Shown piece by piece: positions 57,355 to 64,000 of a stretch of 64,000 bases of DNA. The notes below the pieces were generated by a model. The model saw only the letters and a program-made list of their open reading frames with translations. It was not told the origin of the DNA and made no database searches. Position numbers and translations under genes: made by a program. The DNA is from Phyllobates terribilis (taxonomy: Eukaryota): contig NW_027362773.1 in assembly GCF_046119375.1 (NCBI RefSeq), positions 154,814,001 to 154,878,000 on the forward strand, given 5' to 3'. The first letter of the stretch is position 1. The number at the start of each line of letters is the position of its first letter.

Positions 57355-59005
57355 GACTGCCCAAAAAAATACAGGGAGCACTCAGATAACACATCCTAGA
57401 TCTGAATGAATGAAATATTCTCATTGAATACTTTGCTCTGTACAAAGCTGAATGTGCTGACAACAAAATCACATAAAAATCATCAATGGAAATCACATTT
57501 ATTAACCAATGGAGGCCTGGATTTGGAGTCACCCCCAAAATTAAAGTGGAAAAACACACTACAGGCTGATCCAACTTTGATGTAATGTCCTTAAAACAAG
57601 TCAAAATGAGGCTGAGTATTGTGTGTGGCCTCCACGTGCCTGTATGACCTCCCTACAACGCCTGGGCATGCTCCTGATGAGGCTGAGTATTGTGTGTGGC
57701 CTCCACGTGCCTGTATGACCTCCCTACAACGCCTTGGCATGCTCCTGATGAGGCTGAGTATTGTGTGTGGCCTACACGTGCCTGTATGACCTCCCTACAA
57801 CGCCTGGGCATGCTCCTGATGAGGCTGAGTATTGTGTGTGGCCTCCACGTGCCTGTATGACCTCCCTACAACGCCTGGGCATGCTCCTGATGAGGCTGAG
57901 TATTGTGTGTGGCCTACACGTGCCTGTATGACCTCCCTACAACGCCTGGGCATGCTCCTGATGAGGCTGAGTATTGTGTGTGGCCTCCACGTGCCTGTAT
58001 GACCTCTCTACAACGCCTGGGCATGCTCCTGATGAGGCTGAGTATTGTGTGTGGCCTCCACGTGCCTGTATGACCTCCCTACAACGCCTGGGCATGCTCC
58101 TGATGAGGCTGAGTATTGTGTGTGGCCTCCACGTGCCTGTATGACCTCTCTACAACGCCTGGGCATGCTCCTGATGAGGCTGAGTATTGTGTGTGGCCTC
58201 CACGTGCCTGTATGACCTCCCTACAACGCCTGGGCATGCTCCTGATGAGGCTGAGTATTGTGTGTGGCCTCCACGTGCCTGTATGACCTCCCTACAACGC
58301 CTGGGCATGCTCCTGATGAGGCTGAGTATTGTGTGTGGCCTCCACGTGCCTGTATGACCTCCCTACAACGCCTGGGCATGCTCCTGATGAGGTTGCGGAT
58401 GGTCCCCTGTGGGATCTCCTCCCAGACCTGGACTAAAGCATCCGCCAACTCCTGGACAGTCTGTGGTGCAATGTGACGTTGGTGGATGGAGCGAGACATG
58501 ATGTCCCAGATGTGCTCAATGGGATTCAGGTCTGGGGAAAGGGCGGGCCAGTCCATAGCTTCAATGCCTTCATCTTGCAGGAACTGCTGACACACTCCAG
58601 CCACATGAGGTCTGGCATTGTCCTGCATTAGGAGGAGCCCAGGGCCAACCGCACCAGCATGTGGTCTCACAAGGGGTCTGAGGATCTCATCTCGGTACCT
58701 AATGGCAGTCAGGCTACCTCTGGCGAGCACATGAAGGGCTGTGCGGCCCCCCAAAGAAATGCCACCCCACACCATTACTGACCCACTGCCAAACCGGTCA
58801 TGCTGAAGGATGTTGCAGGCAGCAGATCGCTCTCCACGGCGTCTCCAGACTCTGTCACGTCTGTCACATGTGCTCAGTGTGAACCTGCTTTCATCTGTGA
58901 AGAGCACAGGGCGCCAGTGGCGGCTTTGCCAATCCTGGTGTTCTGTGGCATTTCTTTGGAGGACCGCACAGCCCTCCATGTGCTCGCCAGAGGTAGTCTT
59001 GCTGC
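57355..59005 (-). mobile_element. 5'-truncated Tc1 (DD34E) element with transposase C-terminal half
   Basis: VLFTDESRF...VMVWGGI...MQDNARPH...SPDLNPIEH (34 residues between D and E)...ARGGHTQY; TIR-like TA|GACTGCCCAAAAAAAT at 57355. Confidence 0.93.
57607..58387. repeat. 71-bp tandem array x11 formed from the last codons of the Tc1 transposase
   Basis: Units start 57607, 57678 ... 58317; unique sequence resumes at 58388. Confidence 0.96.
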
Positions 59006-59251
59006 CTCAGTCTGACTTGTTTTTAGGACTGTAATGCAGTGGCTTGCGGCATTACTGTAATGGTCCAGGGTGTGTTTTGGCTGACCATGTACCTGTAATG
59101 CAGGTGCCGGAATGCAACGCACAGAGACACAAGGCGAGGACAGTCAGAAATGTTTGTAAACAGTTTTATACAACAGGTATACTGAAACAAGGGATTAGCA
59201 ACAAGGGTAATGAACAGTGGTTTGAAATATCAGAAAAATACGAAATTTCTC

Positions 59252-59360
59252 AAAATAAGGCGCAGTCTCTTAAAATAAGGCGCAGTCTCTTAAAGTAAGG
59301 CGCAGTCTCTTAAAGTAAGGTGCAGTCTCTTAAAATAAGGCGCAGTCTCTTAAAGTAAGG
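59252..59360. repeat. 20-bp tandem repeat (TAAGGCGCAGTCTCTTAAAR) x5.5 in the Gypsy 3' UTR
   Basis: Read directly; minus strand carries AGAGACTG, as in the 3' UTR of the element at 1-569. Confidence 0.9.
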
Positions 59361-59415
59361 TGATGCCCTCAAGCATGAGAAGCACCACACAAGTTCTTTA
59401 ACCGTGAATTTGGCC

Positions 59416-62400
59416 CTAGCGGGGGTCACCGGTTATTCCCGCTAGGCCGTGAGTCTCTTTCCGGATGAATTCAATTAAATCACGTTGTGCTACTTTAGCC
59501 CCAACCGTCCCCCTCCCAACCTGAGTACTTAAACCCAATTGTCCCCGGTACCGTGGGTGAGCAGTGGAAGTGACGGCCCTGCTCACGTATGCAGCTCCTC
59601 TCTGCTTGGCTGTTGGGGGCAGTCTCTCGAGCCTTGGATAGGGGGGTCCAGGCCTCGTCTGTCGGTGGCCGACGTCGGGTTCCGCGAACTCACTCAGCAC
59701 AGCGATCAGGTTCCTAGTATCCTCAGCAGGCACAGCACTCGAGTCACAACTGTGAGGGATCCGGAGCTCTTTTACCGGTGCCCGGCTGGAGCACCTCTCA
59801 GGCCTCTGGATTTGGCCTGTCACACGGGGTTTCTCAGGACGCAGGGAGCACGTCTGCTCCTCTCTGCTGCTTGGCGCCAAAGACCCCTCAGGTTTGGCGC
59901 GCTGGCCTCTTATCTCTCTGAACTCCTTCCTGGAAGTCACCTGATCGGGTCCAGCCTCTGAATCTCCCCTGCCTGCAACTTCCTTTGTGTGTTTTGGTTC
60001 CGCTTGACTGTCTCTGGCCAGTAGATGGCAGTCTCGCTCCATCCTTGAAACGTCATGTTGAAGTTCTGTTACAAGCTTTTTAGCTCGTTCTACATTCCTC
60101 CCTCCTTTTTGCTCGCCAGTCCTCGGGCGAGTGGACTCCTCGCAGAATTGATGTCTCCTTCCAGGCAGTGCAAGCTCAGACAGGAGTTGGGCACACTCCT
60201 GCGTTTTCTGTTGGATTCGAGACCAGATAAACTCTTCCTGAGCATACCGGTTAGGAGGAATTCCGGCATTAGCCCGCTCAGTTCTGCGGGGCTCTTCTTG
60301 CGGAGGAGACTCCGGGAGATCCGAGGAATCAACTACTGGGGATTGCAAATCATTTCCTGACTCATTCTGACTTCCACTCGGGAGTGGCACCAACGGTTCT
60401 GACGGGCCCAACTGCATTGTGGCCCACCCTTCTTCATCCCCCAAGGTTCCTGTATGTGGCACTTCAGCCAACACGTCTGAGGGCCCAGCCCTGTTACAGA
60501 CTTCTGCTTCAGAGGAGCAAGGTCGCAACATATTACGGTGCAACACCCTGGATGTCGCAGTGTCATCCCCTTCGGGCCTAACCTCGTAGACGGGGTTGTC
60601 TGGGTGAACCTTCTTCACCACCCGATATGGTATTGCCTCCCAACGATGGTCCAGCTTACTCCCAAATCGTTTAGCCCTCACCAGCACTCGGTCTCCTGGC
60701 TGAAGCGATCCACCTGTGGTCGGGGGCCGAACTGCATGCTCTACTTCCTGAAACTTCTGAGCAACCAGTCTTCTCACGGTATGGAGTCGACGCTGGTGTT
60801 CTCGAATCCAGGTACTTGGGCTACTGCCCGGACCGGGGTCTTCTGAGTCTAGCTCCAGTTCGGTGATTTCTCGGCCACTTCTTCCAAACAGCAACATGTA
60901 GGGGGTGTAGCCGGTGGTTGCATGAACTCGATTATTATACACCCACACCAGCTCGGACACGAATTCGGGCCACTTCATCTTTTTGTCCGCTTCCAGTGTT
61001 CGCAACATTTGCAATAGGGTTCGGTTAAAGCGCTCGCAAGCCCCGTTCCCTTGCGGGTGGTAGGGCGTTGTCCGGGAACGGTCGATCCCATAGATGCGGT
61101 ATAGCTCATCCATCACTCGTCCTTGGAAGCAGGCCCCCTGGTCAGAATGTATTCGCTTCGGGCACCCATAAATCCGGATGAAATCTTGACAGATGGCCTT
61201 GGCTGCGGCTTCTGCCGTCTGATCTTTAGTGGGCGTCACTACTGCAAACTTGGTGAAGTGATCAGTCATGACTAAACAGTGTCCATAACCGTTGTATGAA
61301 GTTCCTACCATCAAGTAGTCAATCATCAAGACTTCCAAGGGGGCAGAAGTTCGGATGGTCTGAATGGGAGCTCTTTGCTCCGGGGGCTTGTTCAACTCAC
61401 ACTGGCGACATGTTCGGCAGACCCCCTCGACTTCTTGTCGCAGTTGAGGCCAATACACCAGCCGTTGCAACCACCGGAAGGTCTTTTCTACTCCGAAGTG
61501 AGCACCTCTTCTATGAGCTTCTTGGGCTAGCTGTGTTACTAGTGCTCCTGGAACTACCACTTGCCAGGTAACATCAAACTCTCGAGGCAGCTGGATTCTT
61601 CGGCATAGCAAGCCATCCTTCAGGAGGAGCCTCTCCCACTGGCCTAGGATTTGTAGGGTAGTTGGAAGTGAAGCGGCTCTGGTTTCCTGGTCGGGTCTCT
61701 GATTAAGGGCGACCCATTCTCTCAACTTTGCTAGCTCCGGGTCGGATTGCTGCAGATGTATCCATTCGTCTCTTGAACGTCCCAGAATCTGAGTGGGCCT
61801 CGGCTCCCCTCTGGTCTCTTGGGCGTCGACCACAGCAGCGGCGAACTGGCTGAAATCCGGGATCTCGTCGCCTTCGAGCTCCTCATCTCTGTCCTTCTTC
61901 GGCCCCGCCTGAGTGACCCGGGACAGGGCATCTGCATGTGTGTTCAGGGCCTTGGACCGATAGGCGATTTTATACTGGAATTTGGACATCCTTGCGACCC
62001 ACCGCTGTTCTAACGCGCCCAGTTTGGCGTTCTCCAAGTGGGCCAAAGGGTTGTTATCTGTCCGCACTTGCACTTCTGACCCTGACAGGTACTCAGCAAA
62101 CTTCTCGGTCATGGCCCACACCAGTGCTAGTAGCTCCAGCTTAAACGAACTGTAGTTGTCCGGATTCTTCTCCGTATCTCGGAGTGACCTGCTGGCATAC
62201 GCGATCACTCGCTCTTTCCCTCCTTGTACTTGAGCCAGCACTGCTCCCAGCCCATGCAAGCTTCCATCAGTGTACAACATGAACGGCTGCGAAAAGTCAG
62301 CGTAGGCCAGAATCGGGGCATCTGTTAGCGCCATTTTCAATGCTCGGAATGCCTCTTCTTGTCGTGGGCCCCACTGAATGGGCTGCCGCTTGGCTCCCCC

Positions 62401-64000
62401 GGCTGTTCCTCTCAGCAATTCATTGAGCGGGTTCGCAATCTTAGCGAAGTCTTTAATGAATCTGCGGTAGTATCCAGTGAGCCCCAGGAATGCCCTTAGT
62501 TCCCTTAGATTGGCGGGCGTGGGCCACTTCTGCACGGCAGCTACTTTCTCCGCAGTGGGGTGCACCCCTGCACTGGACACAGTGTGCCCCAGATATTCAA
62601 TTTCTCGTTTGAAGAGACGACACTTACGAGGCTTAATTTTCAGGCCGTGCCTTTGTAGCCGTTCTAACACTTGTTCCAATCGGCGGAGATGATCCTCAAA
62701 CGTTGCGGAATAGATAATTATATCGTCCAGATATATTAAAGTGGCTTCAAAGTTGAGGTCCCCCAAGCATCTCTCCATCAGCCGTTGGAAGGTTCCTGGC
62801 GCATTTGTTAGTCCGAACGGCATTCGATTGAACTCAAACAGGCCCATAGGGAGAACAAAAGCTGTCTTCGGACGATCCTTCTCAGCTACTGGGACCTGCC
62901 AATAGCCACTGGCCAGGTCGAGGGAGGAGAAGAATTTGGCGCTCCCTAGTGCAGATAGAGACTCTTCGATTCGGGGGAGTGGATAGGAGTCCCGTACTGT
63001 ACAGGCATTCAGCTTCCGATAGTCTACGCAGAATCTCAGGGTACCGTCCTTCTTTCGGACCAGCACGATCGGAGCCGCCCAGGGGCTCTGGCTTTCACGG
63101 ATCACACCGTTCTGCAACATGTGGGCCAATAGCTCTTTCACCTCCTGGTACATTTGAGGCGGGATCTGCCGATATCTCTCTCGGATGGGAGCAGTATTTC
63201 CGGTGGGTATTTCGTGCTGAATGTCCCGAGTGCACCCGAAATCATCTTCATGCTGTGCAAACACTCCCTGATATCGCTGTAGAAGTTGTTCGATCTGCCT
63301 CACTTGTCCAGCAGAAAACTCAGTCAGGTTAGCTTCCATTTCTTCCAGGAGGTGGCGTCCAGCCAACGGTTCTCTTCCATGTTCCTGGCTATTGAGGGAC
63401 ACCTCTAGGGTCCATGGTTTTCCTTCCACAGGTGCCAGCCCTATAGCGTCAGCTCTAGTAAGGGCCTCCGGCATTACGCACACTCGCGCCACCTCTTGTC
63501 GGGGCAACAACTGTAAACTGGTGCCACTTAAATTGATGCAGCGCACGGGTACTCGACCGTGCCGCACGGTGGCCAGAGTTCGAGCAATCAGGAGTCCAGA
63601 GGGCGCTTCTTCTCCCTCCATTGGTTCAACTTGAATGTCCACGCCCTCTAAGGACACATGTGCCAGCACCGGCAAAGTGAGTACAGTCTGTCCCACCGGC
63701 AGTGTTATTGTGGCTTCGGGCGGTATCGATACCTTACCAAGGTACTGGGAGGTAGTGGGCAACTTTTGAATCTGACTGACCCGCACGAGGTGCTGGAACA
63801 CTCTCTTGTTAGCTGGGTCTCGAGTGGCGCGGGTCCAGTTGTTTTTGCTACAGCCCTCAGCCAGGAACTGTCCGACTTCTTTCAGCACATTCATGCCCAG
63901 GGTTACAATGGGCCCATCGCCTCCGGGCCCGGTGGTCAGTACAATCCCTTTTCGACCGAGGTCCTTTCCACATGCCCGCACAGACATCCATACTACTCCC
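59416..64000 (-). mobile_element. Ty3/Gypsy pol polyprotein ORF (protease C-end, RT, RNase H, integrase, GPY/F, extension), open to the window edge
   Basis: RT motifs SPWAAPIVLV, RFCVDYRKLN, YLDD (62722-62733); RNase H YTDGS...DALSR; integrase HHCC and D-D(35)-E (D 61318, D 61141, E 61033); no stop in at least 1523 codons. Confidence 0.97.

Overview
Vertebrate genomic DNA. The repeat content suggests an anuran amphibian, probably a hyloid frog or toad (inference). Three spliced protein-coding genes lie on the + strand: LMO2 (3 coding exons, 5902-10124, 158 aa), FBXO3 (11 exons, 28061-39383, about 450 aa), and an unnamed gene I assembled by hand from exons at 47053-57321 (3' end beyond the window). 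The unnamed gene encodes a signal peptide plus two tandem, divergent Link (CD44/LYVE1/TSG-6-type hyaluronan-binding fold) modules and sits where CD59 follows FBXO3 in mammals. It is the best candidate for something undescribed. The rest is dense mobile and repetitive DNA: the 3' end and LTR of a Gypsy element (1-1791), a second Gypsy pol ORF intact over 4.5 kb with a long C-terminal extension (59416-64000, - strand), four Tc1/mariner derivatives (one a DD37E fold-back), two related hAT non-autonomous elements with 8-bp TSDs each inserted at the end of a minisatellite, TTAA-flanked MITEs, and over a dozen minisatellite arrays. Several arrays demonstrably arose inside transposons. Two N blocks lie at 7110-7861. 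Most long ORFs in the supplied track are repeat artefacts. All coordinates were read by eye and no database searches were run.
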